Below are positions 50,930-62,086 of a stretch of DNA of 62,086 nucleotides, one piece after another; position 1 is the stretch's first letter, and each line of letters begins with the position of its first letter. Under the pieces are notes generated by a model. That model made no database searches. It saw nothing but the letters and a program-made list of their open reading frames with translations, and was not told the origin of the DNA. The translations under genes were made by a program, and so were the position numbers. The DNA comes from Octopus bimaculoides (lineage: Eukaryota): the NCBI RefSeq assembly GCF_001194135.2, contig NC_068988.1:14357030-14419115 (forward strand). Reading direction: 5' to 3'.

Positions 50930-51270
50930 GGATAGATGGACGGATGGAGTGAGAGGGAGGGAGGGAGAGAGGGAGGGAGGAAGGAAGGAAGGAAGGAAGG
51001 AAGGGAGGGGGGAAGAAGGAAGGAATGAAGGAAGGAAGGAATGGAGGGAACGAGGGAAACAAGGAAAAAGAAAAGGGGCAGAGGGACGAAGGGAGTGAGA
51101 GAAGGAAGGAAGCAGAAAGTGAGATAGAAAGGAGGAAAGAGAGAAGGAGGAGGGGAAGAAGGGGAAAAAGGGGAAGAAGAGGGAGGAGGGATAGATGGAG
51201 GAAGAGCGAGAGGGAAAGAGGAGGATAGGGAATGGATAAGAGAAGACAGCGGGGATGGAGGGATGGATGA
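50930..51270 (+). repeat. Polypurine (GGAA/GGA/GA) low-complexity tract
   Basis: About 340 bp of almost only G and A on the + strand. Confidence 0.9.
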
Positions 51271-51806
51271 ATGACTGGTTCTCCGTCGATCGGCGATGAT
51301 GATTCAGTTGGTCGGTCAACTAAATTACTAGCACCTGAAATAAAGTGAAAGTGGTTGAGTATTCCACTGACATGTTTACTCTAAACGAAAATTATAAAGC
51401 AAAGAATTACCAATTTTACTTTGAATGTATGAATTGAAGACCATCAGCTCAAGATGCCTGGCAGTGAGATTGAACCCGATAACTAACGGCTTCGAAGCGT
51501 ACTTCATAATCAATCGAACCATATTTCGGCAACTGAGAAGTGTATATATTTCGCAAACTCCTCCCAGCATGCTAAGCCTCTATTTCTGTTCTGATGATTT
51601 AAAGGTGTAGTCAGCATAGGCTCAAGAACAAGGGGTCAGGGGCTGCGAACCCAGCCCCTAACCTTTTTTTTTTTTTTTTTTTTGGTGGATGGAAAGCTTC
51701 ATCACCAAAACGAACAAGCGTAGAAACATTTGTGGACTGATTTGAAACATTACTTTTCCATTATTTGACTTATCCCATTTGATTGATGTAGACGTATAAT
51801 GGTGGA

Positions 51807-52110
51807 GGCGCAATGGCCCAGTGGTTAGGGAAGCGGACTCGCGGTCGGAAGATCGTGGTTTCGATTCCCAGACTGGGTGTTGTGTGTGTTTACTGAGCGA
51901 AAACACCTAAAGCTCCACGAGGCTCTGGCAGGTGGGAGTGGCGACCCCTGCTGTACTCTTTCGCTCCAACTTTCTCTCATTCTTTCTTCCTGTTTCTTGA
52001 GTAAAGCTGCAATGGACTGGCGTCCCGTCCAGCTTGGGGGAATACATACGCCATAGAAACCGGGAAACCGGGCCCATGAGCCTGGCCAGGTTTTAAAAGG
52101 GCGCATCATA
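51807..52110 (+). mobile_element. SINE family with GCGATGGACTGGCGTCCC (V-domain-like) 3' block, full length
   Basis: tRNA head GGCGCAATGGCCCAGTGGTTAGGG...GGTTTCGATTCCC, block GCAATGGACTGGCGTCCCGTCCAG, then GAAACCGGG. Confidence 0.75.
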
Positions 52111-53494
52111 AATAATAGAAATATAATAATAATTACTATCATTATATATGTGTTTGTTTTGATATTAAGACTGAAAAAAATCGACCTTATTTGTAAAGAG
52201 AATCTGGACCTGTACTTGACCCCTAAGCACAGTTCTCTCTCGTGCTTATGGTGTCCAGCGTTGTTTCGTCCTCCAAACGGACATCCACTCTTAGGACGTA
52301 AAAGTTACCAACTGAAAAAGTCGTCACTCCTGCAATTCACCATGGAGTTTTGTGACGTAAAGATCTTGACACTAGTAATCAAAAATATAAAATGTTTAAA
52401 AATAAATTTTTTTTTAAAAATAAGAAATAAGTGGAAATTTTACCGGTGAGTGTGTTAAATTTTAAGGCACAATAAGAAAATGACTCTCCTCAGACACAAC
52501 AGAATATGCTTCAACACACAAAATCACATAAATAAATCTTGCAAACTAAATCCAAAAACGAAATAAAAGGTTTGAATTAAAACTTAAATGTTATTCGACA
52601 GTAGCCATAGATCCATTTTGTCTGCCAACTTTCCTGGAGTGGTGTAGAGTTAGACTCCACAAATACCTCCTCTGGAGANNNNNNNNNNNNNNNNNNNNNN
52701 NNNNNNNNNNNNNNNNNNNNNNNNNNNNNNNNNNNNNNNNNNNNNNNNNNNNNNNNNNNNNNNNNNNNNNNNNNNNNNNNNNNNNNNNNNNNNNNNNNNN
52801 NNNNNNNNNNNNNNNNNNNNNNNNNNNNNNNNNNNNNNNNNNNNNNNNNNNNNNNNNNNNNNNNNNNNNNNNNNNNNNNNNNNNNNNNNNNNGCGGAGGT
52901 GGTGGGGGCCGAAGCGGAGGCGATTGTGGCGGCGGGAATGGAACAGTCGGATAGCTCCGGAATAGACCATGGTTGAGCAGAACTATAAACAAAAGAAATT
53001 CTCAAACTGAACAGCTCGCCTTCTTGCATATCGGTGGCTATATAGACAGATGTGTCCGTCATTTTCGCAAGACAGTGTGGTGCAAATTGTGAAGTCTTCA
53101 TCGCGATTTCTAACAGACCAAAAGAACTTGATCGACAGGTAAAGCGATTGAACAAATCTTTAAAAAAAAAGCTATTCATTAAACCGCTTTGTTTTCAATA
53201 AGTTTTCCTTGACAGTTTTAAATAGGATAGATTAATCTTGAGAAGTCTGTGAAAGTTTGGGAAGCAAAAATATTTTCAGAAATACACACATTTTATAAAG
53301 AAAAAACATACACACATATATATTAATAGACAGACGTTCCAAACCATATACAAACATTACAGAAACACGCTCATACATACGTAGGTGTGTACATATATGT
53401 GTACATACACCTACACACACACAAATATACATATATTAATGTATGTATATATGTGTAAATACAAATTTGCGCTATTTATGATTATACTATATGT

Positions 53495-53537
<43 letters not shown>

Positions 53538-53680
53538 ATGTTTTAATTATATATGTATGCATATAAGCACACACATATATGAAGGCATGTACAAACGTAT
53601 GCGTATATATGTGCATATGTTCATATGAATATATATATATATAAGTATACGTACATGGTGTATATATGTAAGTATGTATT

Positions 53681-53713
<33 letters not shown>

Positions 53714-54058
53714 CAAAATANNNNNNNNNNTATGTATGTATGTATGTATGCATGCATGTATGTAAAAATGTCATTAATGACCACGTGAGCATACAAAAAC
53801 ACACGTTAATAGGTTTCTAGTTGCTGGGCATAGGCTGTATGTTTATCCTAAATTGATTAAAAATAAATCTGTCAGACTAATTACATTTAATCTACATTTA
53901 CGTGGTAAAGTTAGACGTGGAACTAAATTAACTGATCGACAATATTTACATTATAATTGTATCTGAAACATCGATGTCTAAGCAGAGGAAACATACAATG
54001 AGGTGTTTTTTCATACATACATGCATACTTAAACATACATATATACATACATACATAC

Positions 54059-54095
<37 letters not shown>

Positions 54096-54961
54096 NNNNN
54101 NNNNNNNNNNNNNNNNNNNNNNNNNNNNNNNNNNNNNNNNNNNNNNNNNNNNNNNNNNNNNNNNNNNNNNNNNNNNNNNNNNNNNNNNNNNNNNNNNNNN
54201 NNNNNNNNNNNNNNNNNNNNNNNNNNNNNNNNNNNNNNNNNNNNNNNNNNNNNNNNNNNNNNNNNNNNNNNNNNNNNNNNNNNNNNNNNNNNNNNNNNNN
54301 NNNNNNNNNNNNNNNNNNNNNNNNNNNNNNNNNNNNNNNNNNNNNNNNNNNNNNNNNNNNNNNNNNNNNNNNNNNNNNNNNNNNNNNNNNNNNNNNNNNN
54401 NNNNNNNNNNNNNNNNNNNNNNNNNNNNNNNNNNNNNNNNNNNNNNNNNNNNNNNNNNNNNNNNNNNNNNNNNNNNNNNNNNNNNNNNNNNNNNNNNNNN
54501 NNNNNNNNNNNNNNNNNNNNNNNNNNNNNNNNNNNNNNNNNNNNNNNNNNNNNNNNNNNNNNNNNNNNNNNNNNNNNNNNNNNNNNNNNNNNNNNNNNNN
54601 NNNNNNNNNNNNNNNNNNNNNNNNNNNNNNNNNNNNNNNNNNNNNNNNNNNNNNNNNNNNNNNNNNNNNNNNNNNNNNNNNNNNNNNNNNNNNNNNNNNN
54701 NNNNNNNNNNNNNNNNNNNNNNNNNNNNNNNNNNNNNNNNNNNNNNNNNNNNNNNNNNNNNNNNNNNNNNNNNNNNNNNNNNNNNNNNNNNNNNNNNNNN
54801 NNNNNNNNNNNNNNNNNNNNNNNNNNNNNNNNNNNNNNNNNNNNNNNNNNNNNNNNNNNNNNNNNNNNNNNNNNNNNNNNNNNNNNNNNNNNNNNNNNNN
54901 NNNNNNNNNNNNNNNNNNNNNNNNNNNNNNNNNNNNNNNNNNNNNNNNNNNNNNNNNNNNN

Positions 54962-55013
<52 letters not shown>

Positions 55014-55155
55014 TATGTGCGTATGTTATATTTGGTGATCGGAAAAATTTTTAGTTTGTATTAGAGGAAAAGAAAACACAACAACCCATCCAAAAATAAA
55101 TGTATTTTTAAAATATCAAAATATATCAATTAGACAATTGCTCGGAGATAACAGT

Positions 55156-55971
55156 TTACCCAACGTAACCGTCCTTAGCTTCCACTGTGGAGTCAGGGAG
55201 CTCCCCGACCTGGCGCAAACGTTCCTCACTGTGACCCGGGGATGATCTTGGCCACCAGCTCGGCCTTCGAGTTGCAAGCAGAATGGGTGGTGTTACTCTC
55301 AACTGCAACCCACACATAGTAATCCATGAGATTACTATCGGGATACTAGAAATTAGGGCTGGTGAAGTTGAAGAAATTCTCTGACAACTACTTCTGACTC
55401 TTTCTAGAGGTATGGCAATGATTCGAGTTCTGCAACCACGCATATGGTCTTGCAGCAGCAACCCTCTCCGCCTAGGAATTGACTACAGTCTCTAATGGCT
55501 TCACATAGCTCTCTTAATTGAGGATAAAGTCCGGTTCAAAGATATGATGATATATACTCCGCCGTGCAGACGCAGTCAGATCTCCTGCTGTGTCCCTTTT
55601 TGCTGAACACGGCTTCGTAGTCTCCGCTACAGCTGTCCTGTTTCACAGTCTTTTCAGTGTTCACAGAACATTGAGCAGCAGTCATGATGTCGACATTTTG
55701 ATACCCGGCGCGAATCATCATGGTACAAGTAACTCTTTTCCAATTTTTAAATGGCTTCCTACCCTATACATCAGGATCGGAAGCCATCTGAAATTGGGAA
55801 AAAGTTACCTGTGTCATGTATTCCAGCCCTCCATGTCAGCTAACGTTTTCTTAATTACAACTTTAATCTTTATGCTCTCCAACGCCACGGACTATTCACC
55901 AATATATCAAGGTGTTCCTGAAAAAAAAAGGAAAGACATAAACGATACTCAAATTTAACCCGAACAACCTG
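55156..55971 (-). mobile_element. Internally deleted mariner/maT (DD37D-like) transposon
   Basis: Minus strand: N-terminus MMIRAGYQNVDIMTAAQCSVNT...RRSDCVCTAEYI joins directly (about 55545) to HIFEPDFILN*ESYVKPLETVV...AARPYAWLQNSNHCHTSRKSQK*LSENF...NLMDYYVWVAVE...KAELVAKI...EAKDGYVG*. Terminus TA|CAGGTTGTTCGGG at 55971. Confidence 0.8.
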
Positions 55972-56338
55972 TATAGGCAGATACACATACATACACAACT
56001 GAGTAAGCATAAAACTCCAACCCTTAAGTCATTTATGTCATTTCACAGAACTTTATTAAGTTCTATTTTTCCTGTTAGTTCCCACTCATGCACATACATA
56101 CATACATACATACATCACACATATATGCAAATATTTCCACATTTATACGCATACGTATATAAAATATATACATATATGCTTACACNNNNNNNNNNNNNNN
56201 NNNNNNNNNNNNNNNNNNNNNNNNNNNNNNNNNNNNNNNNNNNNNNNNNNNNNNNNNNNNNNNNNNNNNNNNNNNNNNNNNNNNNNNNNNNNNNNNNNNN
56301 NNNNNNNNNNNNNNNNNNATATATATATATGTATGGAT

Positions 56339-56383
<45 letters not shown>

Positions 56384-58160
56384 GATGTATATATATGTAT
56401 GTATACATGTATCATATTTTGTGGGAGTGGGGATTATTTCCAGAGATTTAATGTGCATTTTTATGTATTCAACTGATATTAATATTTCCATGGAAAGCCA
56501 TAAAACTCTAATAAGATAGACGCAATTAAATGTGTATGTTTGCTAACTAGGATATTTTATATAAAATCAGGAGTTATCTTTGTGTATTTAACCTTCAGTT
56601 TGAATCGCACACAATGAACAAAACCTCGTGGCAACAGCAAAACTTGATAGGGTGTAATAAATTTCCCGAAACTTATATTATACTTGTTAAGGTTTATCTC
56701 TACAGATTTTATATGGAAATTATAACCACAACTGATTTTGTTACGACGTTTTGTATCCGAGACGCCTCATATAAACAACGATGAGATCTAAGATGAAAAT
56801 TGTGTAATGGGCGTATATGCCATATTTCAGGAGTTTTGCTCTTTCATCATCACCTATCTATCCCATTAACCATCCACGAACTCACTGCTTAAATAACCAC
56901 TAATTATAGCGATGTAACGTTATTGCATAGACCAGATTTACATATTAAACACATTCCTGAGAGCTGGTACTTAAATACATGGGAGACCATGTTTGTATAA
57001 CGAAATACGGTGTCTCTTCAGGTCATTAATATTTATATAGTACCTTGCCTATCTTATGCATATATATATATATATACACTCTACTGTTACCGGTACAACA
57101 TTCAGAACTTTCGGTCTCAAAGCCGTTCTGGATTGCTGATTTTTTCCGAAACAACGGTAGTCACCTTAGCAACACTGTCTAAATTAAATAAATATTAAAT
57201 TTACCCTAGGAATTAAATGTAATACAGTAACGTGTACATTAGTATAACTGATACGAGTTTATTTATACAATGCTGTGCATGGTACTAACCTTTGCAAGAT
57301 ACCAGAAAACTACTCTGGCAGCCACTAGAATTTGAAGCCCCTACTCGTAAATTAGTGCTGGTTATAAGAAATTCCGGATCAAAACTGTCTGGAAAGTCGG
57401 TTTTCTACCTTTATTGTCTTTGGTCATTGGATTGAGGCCATGCTGGGGCACCACCTTAAATGCATTACACTTTTGAACCGGCTGCATGTGTGTCAGTGTT
57501 TGTGCTTATAAGTTTTTTCTTTAAGATTATTATTTTTTTTTTTTTTGCTGAGGTGGAGGGTGCAGAAGTCAAGTTAGTCACTCACTAAGTGTCAAGTTTC
57601 TTTTCTTCAATTAAATTTTTCTTGAGTTTCATGGATATTTGAACTGATTGTCATATGCCTATATGTGTGAGCATATATGCATGTGGATAAATTCGTATAT
57701 ATGATTGCATGCATGAATGCACGTATATATGTATATACGCTCGATTAGATGCATATTTCTGAATATCATGTTAACTTTTAATCTTTTCTTGTTTTTTTTC
57801 GGCATTTGGATATAGGATAGTAAAATTTCATAAAAATTAAGATGGCATACTGAATATATATTTCAATATATATTTCAGAGTCGTTATAGACCATGATTTC
57901 TTATTGTATTCTAAATTAATGCTATTCAAGATGCGGCATTTGCTGTGTAGATCACAGATCAGCCTGGTGTGTAATCGAAGTTGATCCAGTCGTCACTAAA
58001 CCGTCTTTTGGGGGAATATATTTTATGCACTGGTATGTTATTAATGTGTCTTCTACATGGTTCTTGCAGCACCTACCTTACCTTAAGAAGAAAAGTGTGA
58101 TTTGAAGATGATTTGGTTTCAACTTCTAGCAGTTTGAATGACTTGTAATGCTCCGTGTTA

Positions 58161-59075
58161 ATAATGGTTTCAAGTTTTTGCACAAGGCCAGCAATTTCGG
58201 GGGCGGTGGGGAAGTAAATTACATCTTCCCCAACGCTCAACTGGTACTTATTTTATCGACTCCGAAAAGATGAATGGCAAAGTCGACTTCGGTGGAATTC
58301 GAACTCAGAACATAAAGTCGGACAAAATACCGCCAAGAATTATGCCTGACGTGCGATCGATTCTGCCATCTTGCCACCTTACTTGATATTAATATTGAAC
58401 TTTGCCACAAGGCAGCGAGTCGGCAGAATAGTAATACAACGCCGGAAATATTACTTAGCAGTATTTCGACCGTCTTTACGTTCTTAGTCCAAATTCCGCC
58501 GAGGTCGACATTGCCGTTTATCCTTTCGCCGTCGATAAAATAAGTACCAGTCAAATATTGAGGTCGATGTAATCAACTGCACCCTCTCCTCAGCCTTATA
58601 CCAAAATTTAAATCCAATATTCATTACTACTTTGGGCACAAAGCCCGAAATTTGGGGTAAGGGGGGCCAGCCGATAAGATCGACCCCAGTACACAACTGT
58701 TTGTTACTTAATTTATCGACCCCGAAAGGATGAAAGGCGAAGTCGACCTCGGTGGAATTTGAACTCAGAACGTAAAGACAGACGAAATAGCGCTAAGCAT
58801 TTCGCCCGGCGTGCTAACCACTCTGCCAGGTCACCGCCTTATTTAAATCCAATATTAATTTTGCTAAAGGTGGTGAGCTGACAGAATCGTTAACCTGTCG
58901 GACAAAATGCTTAGCGGCATTTTATCTGGACATATGTTCCGAGTTCAAATTCTGCCGAGGTCGATTTTGTCATTCATCCTTCCAGGCTCGATAAAATAAG
59001 TACCAGTGTGAGCACTGGGGTTGATGTAAACGACTAGTCTCTTACCCCCAAAATTTCAGGCCTTGTGCCTTAACT
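58161..59075. mobile_element. Cluster of four SINE family C copies in -,+,-,+ orientation
   Basis: 58161-58381 (-), 58408-58605 (+), 58622-58840 (-, flanked by the 16-bp direct repeat ATTTAAATCCAATATT at 58606-58621 and 58841-58856), 58866-59075 (+). Confidence 0.9.
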
Positions 59076-59473
59076 TAGCAAAGGTTTGTTTTTTTTTTCT
59101 CAATCAGGTGGTGTCGCTGAAATGACTATTGTCTAAGTGATAAAAACTGAAAATCGAATGCTATGAAAAAACTTCTCACCAAGGAAGTAGAGAATACGTT
59201 TATTCTCAACGTAGTTCTACATTTTGCGTTTGTGCTTCCTTGATATACATAAAAGTAATGAATTTAGGTGTTTCTGTTTGTATTAGATCAGTAGCGCGTG
59301 TTAGAACACTTGTGTTGATGAATTTGTATCTGTGACAACACACGTATACATATTTGTACTTTTATCAATATACTTCAGAGAAAATTTGATTGTATGTCTA
59401 TGCATGCGTTTATGTTTCTATTTTAACACGTATTTTTTCTTCATATGAGTACGTAACTNNNNNNNNNNNNNNN

Positions 59474-59523
<50 letters not shown>

Positions 59524-59994
59524 GAGTTACTTGTACCTATCAGTATGTATGTATATATATATATATGTATGTTAGTTGACAAAATCAGTTGTATATTTAT
59601 ATGAATATGTACGTGCGATAGCGTCACGGCTACGTTTTTTCTTTGTCTATGTTTCATGCAGTCATAATGCTTTTTAAGAAATTAGGTATTTGTGTAAATA
59701 TTAACTCTAGACAGCGTTCTACTGTAGTTGTTGGTGTAATCTTATATAATGTAGTGGCTTCCATATTGTAAGAGTTCATTACCTTGTTTTTCCCAAAATG
59801 TTCGAGGCGATACTGTCGCTGTTGTTTATTATCATTATTATTATATTAGCTGTTTGTTTTATTTTGCGTTCTTTATGCAAGATCTAGTTTTTTGGATGTA
59901 CTAAACATTGCAGTGTATTTGAAAACAACCTCACTGCTTTCCGAGTTTACGCATTTTACAATGAGAGGTATTTCAAAATACAATAAGAAAAAAA

Positions 59995-60106
59995 TAACAA
60001 CAACAATAATGATGATGATGATGATAATGATGATGATGATGATGATTATGATGATGATGATGATGATGATGGTGTTAATGACGATGACGATGATGATGAT
60101 GGTGAT

Positions 60107-60148
<42 letters not shown>

Positions 60149-60238
60149 NNNNNNNNNNNNNNNNNNNNNNNNAAGAAGAAGAAGAAGAAGAAGAAGAAGA
60201 AGAAGAAGAAGAAGAAGAAGAAGAAGAAGAAGAAGAAG

Positions 60239-60289
<51 letters not shown>

Positions 60290-60300
60290 AGCAACAACAA
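59995..60300. repeat. Compound (ATG)n-(AAT)n-gap-(AAG)n-(AAC)n microsatellite
   Basis: Direct reading; explains the poly-Met/Ile/Arg/Thr ORF. Confidence 0.95.
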
Positions 60301-61552
60301 TTTTCTAAAAACTGCAAAAACAGATCAATCAGTTTAAAAGAAAATTGAAAAATTGACGTCAGAAAAAAATCTACAAAAAAACTCGTGGCAACAGATACTT
60401 ATGAAAATTGCTTTTCCTGTCTTCAAACATTTCATCTATATTTCTGCCTTAAAAATCTTACATTTATATGTAGAACCACTCAGGAAAATGCTTGCCACAG
60501 AAAGAAATGCTTAGATTAGTTAGATTATTGCATCTCTAATAATGCAACTGGAATGGTAAATGGTTTTGAAGAAATTCAGTGGTACTATTTTAGTTTCTTT
60601 ATATATATATTTTTTGTATGATAGTTGAGTTTGCTGGTATAATTTTCTTCTTCGCTTTTAGTGGAACAGAAAATGAAGTGTGGTTGTTAAAATATATAGG
60701 CTAGGTAACAGGAATTTGATAAATATTTAAAAAAAAGAGTTAATACAAGGGAAAAAAATTAAATGCATTATAAGTTTCCTAGAATTGATGTTTTATAGAG
60801 AAAGTTACTTCTCTACTATGCTGAGTACCTAATAGTTTCAGTGCTTGTAGGAGAAACCTATATTTTTCTTCAATAAATGCACTTGAAAAAACATTAAATT
60901 TAAAAATAAGGATATTCGGATCATTTATATTGTAAATACAAATATAGAACGGTGCTAACTGCGATATTTTGTCTCAGAGAAACCTCTTTAAGAGACTTGT
61001 ATTGAGAGACACAGAGCTTGCTCAGAATGTCGTCGGCGGATCGCCAGACAGTGGCGTTTCAACATCTCTCCGTCTTCTCAGTCACCGAAAACACCAAAAC
61101 AAGCTGAGCTAAGCCGAAAAATATTCGTTCTGATATAGAAATCGATAAAAAAAATAACATTCGCTGATATGTGGAAAAAACTGGTCAGGTTAAAAATAAA
61201 TTGATGCACTCACTCGAAACAACATTGGATTAAAATAGTGATTATATAGTATTTACAATGTACATACAAACATAGCTTCTATATATTGCCTTGGAGAAAC
61301 TTCTCCAAGAAACTTGTATGTTGAAGGACACAGGGATCCATCAAAATTCTGTTGGTGGATCGTCGAAACACTTTCTTAGACAATTCAACGATGACATTCT
61401 CAGCGACATATTTACGCACAAGTTTCTTTAAGAAGTTTTTCTGTGACAAAATATTATACATTATAAATTTATACATCATAATATATTTTTTTCTCTACGT
61501 CAGTCTAAATATACCCATAGATATTTGTGTATATTAGCTTTTAATTATATTT

Positions 61553-61940
61553 TATGTGTTTCATTCATTAGAAGACTGCGGCCATGCTGAAGCTCTGCCT
61601 TGAAGAATTTTTAATCGAATGTATCGACCCAAAATGTCTTTTATTTTCTTGTTAAGCCTGGTACTTATTCTATTATTCTCAGCCGAAGCGCTAAGTTACG
61701 AGGACGTAGATACACCAACACAGGTTTTCAAGCGGTGGTGAGAGATAAACACAGATATGAACACATGATCAAGCGGTATTTTGTCTGTCTTTACGTTCTG
61801 AGTTCACATTCCGCCGAAGTCGACTTTGCCTTCCATCCTTTCGGCATCGATAAATTAAGTACCATTTGCGTACTGGGATCAATCTAATCGACTGGCCTCC
61901 TTCTCCCCAAATTTCAGGCCTTGTGCCTAGAGTAGAAAAG
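61553..61940. mobile_element. SINE B 3' half (-) joined to SINE C (+)
   Basis: 61553-61760 GACTGCGGCCATGCTG...ACACCAACAC; 61770-61940 GCGGTATTT.GTCTGTCTTTACGTTCTGAGTTCA...GGCCTTGTGCCTAGAGTAGAAAAG. Confidence 0.8.
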
Positions 61941-62086
61941 AGTATATATATATATATATATATATATAAGAATTTAAGGATTGGAGAAAACGCATGTTAT
62001 AATTGCATACTTTATTCCTACATATGTTTCAAAGGATTACAACCTGTGTGATCCATAGGGATCTTTGATATTAAAATTGTAACCTT

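Noticed and set aside
52893-52980. GC-rich Gly/Pro-like ORFs beside a gap
   Set aside because: GGT/GGC low-complexity sequence with stops in nearby frames and no homology recognised.
53930-53980. In-frame VSETSM resembling the ISE..M end of exon 3
   Set aside because: No GT after ATG, no acceptor, and a stop shortly upstream.
56625-56637. CTCGTGGCAACAG repeated at 60382-60394 (RFX half-site-like)
   Set aside because: Only 13 bp and a half-site. Chance or a repeat remnant cannot be excluded.

Overview
Eukaryotic, AT-rich, repeat-saturated genomic DNA. The SINE, LINE and microsatellite repertoire looks like Octopus (coleoid cephalopod); this is recognition from memory, not a database result. 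There are 18 N-gaps totalling about 5.9 kb, most abutting (AT)n/(CA)n tracts. Only one host coding exon is recognisable: 25613-25731 (+), encoding LFVYVEVQCHKHVRRQNKMSRVLDKMLEGYDKRLRPGFG-G. This is the end of a signal peptide plus the alpha-1 helix and YDxRxRP motif of a Cys-loop anion-channel (GABA-A-like) receptor subunit, with a clean acceptor and a phase-1 GTAAG donor at the family-conserved position. No neighbouring exon could be found, so most of the window is probably two very large introns. These hold dozens of tRNA-derived SINEs of at least 4-5 families, five R4/Dong LINE fragments, RTE and CR1-like LINE remnants, a nearly complete Tc1 (DD34E) element, an internally deleted maT/DD37D mariner, a Chapaev3-like transposon, and hAT and Tigger-like MITEs. 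Most ORFs in the supplied track are microsatellite or gap artefacts. The most interesting structures are a minimal Penelope-type hammerhead ribozyme (14696-14736, sense to the receptor exon), a 126-bp palindrome built from two head-to-head hammerhead-like termini (8308-8433), alternating-orientation SINE clusters that should form long dsRNA (ADAR substrates) in a neural pre-mRNA, and a second tRNA-headed short repeat family. Nothing here proves a new biological system; these are testable leads.
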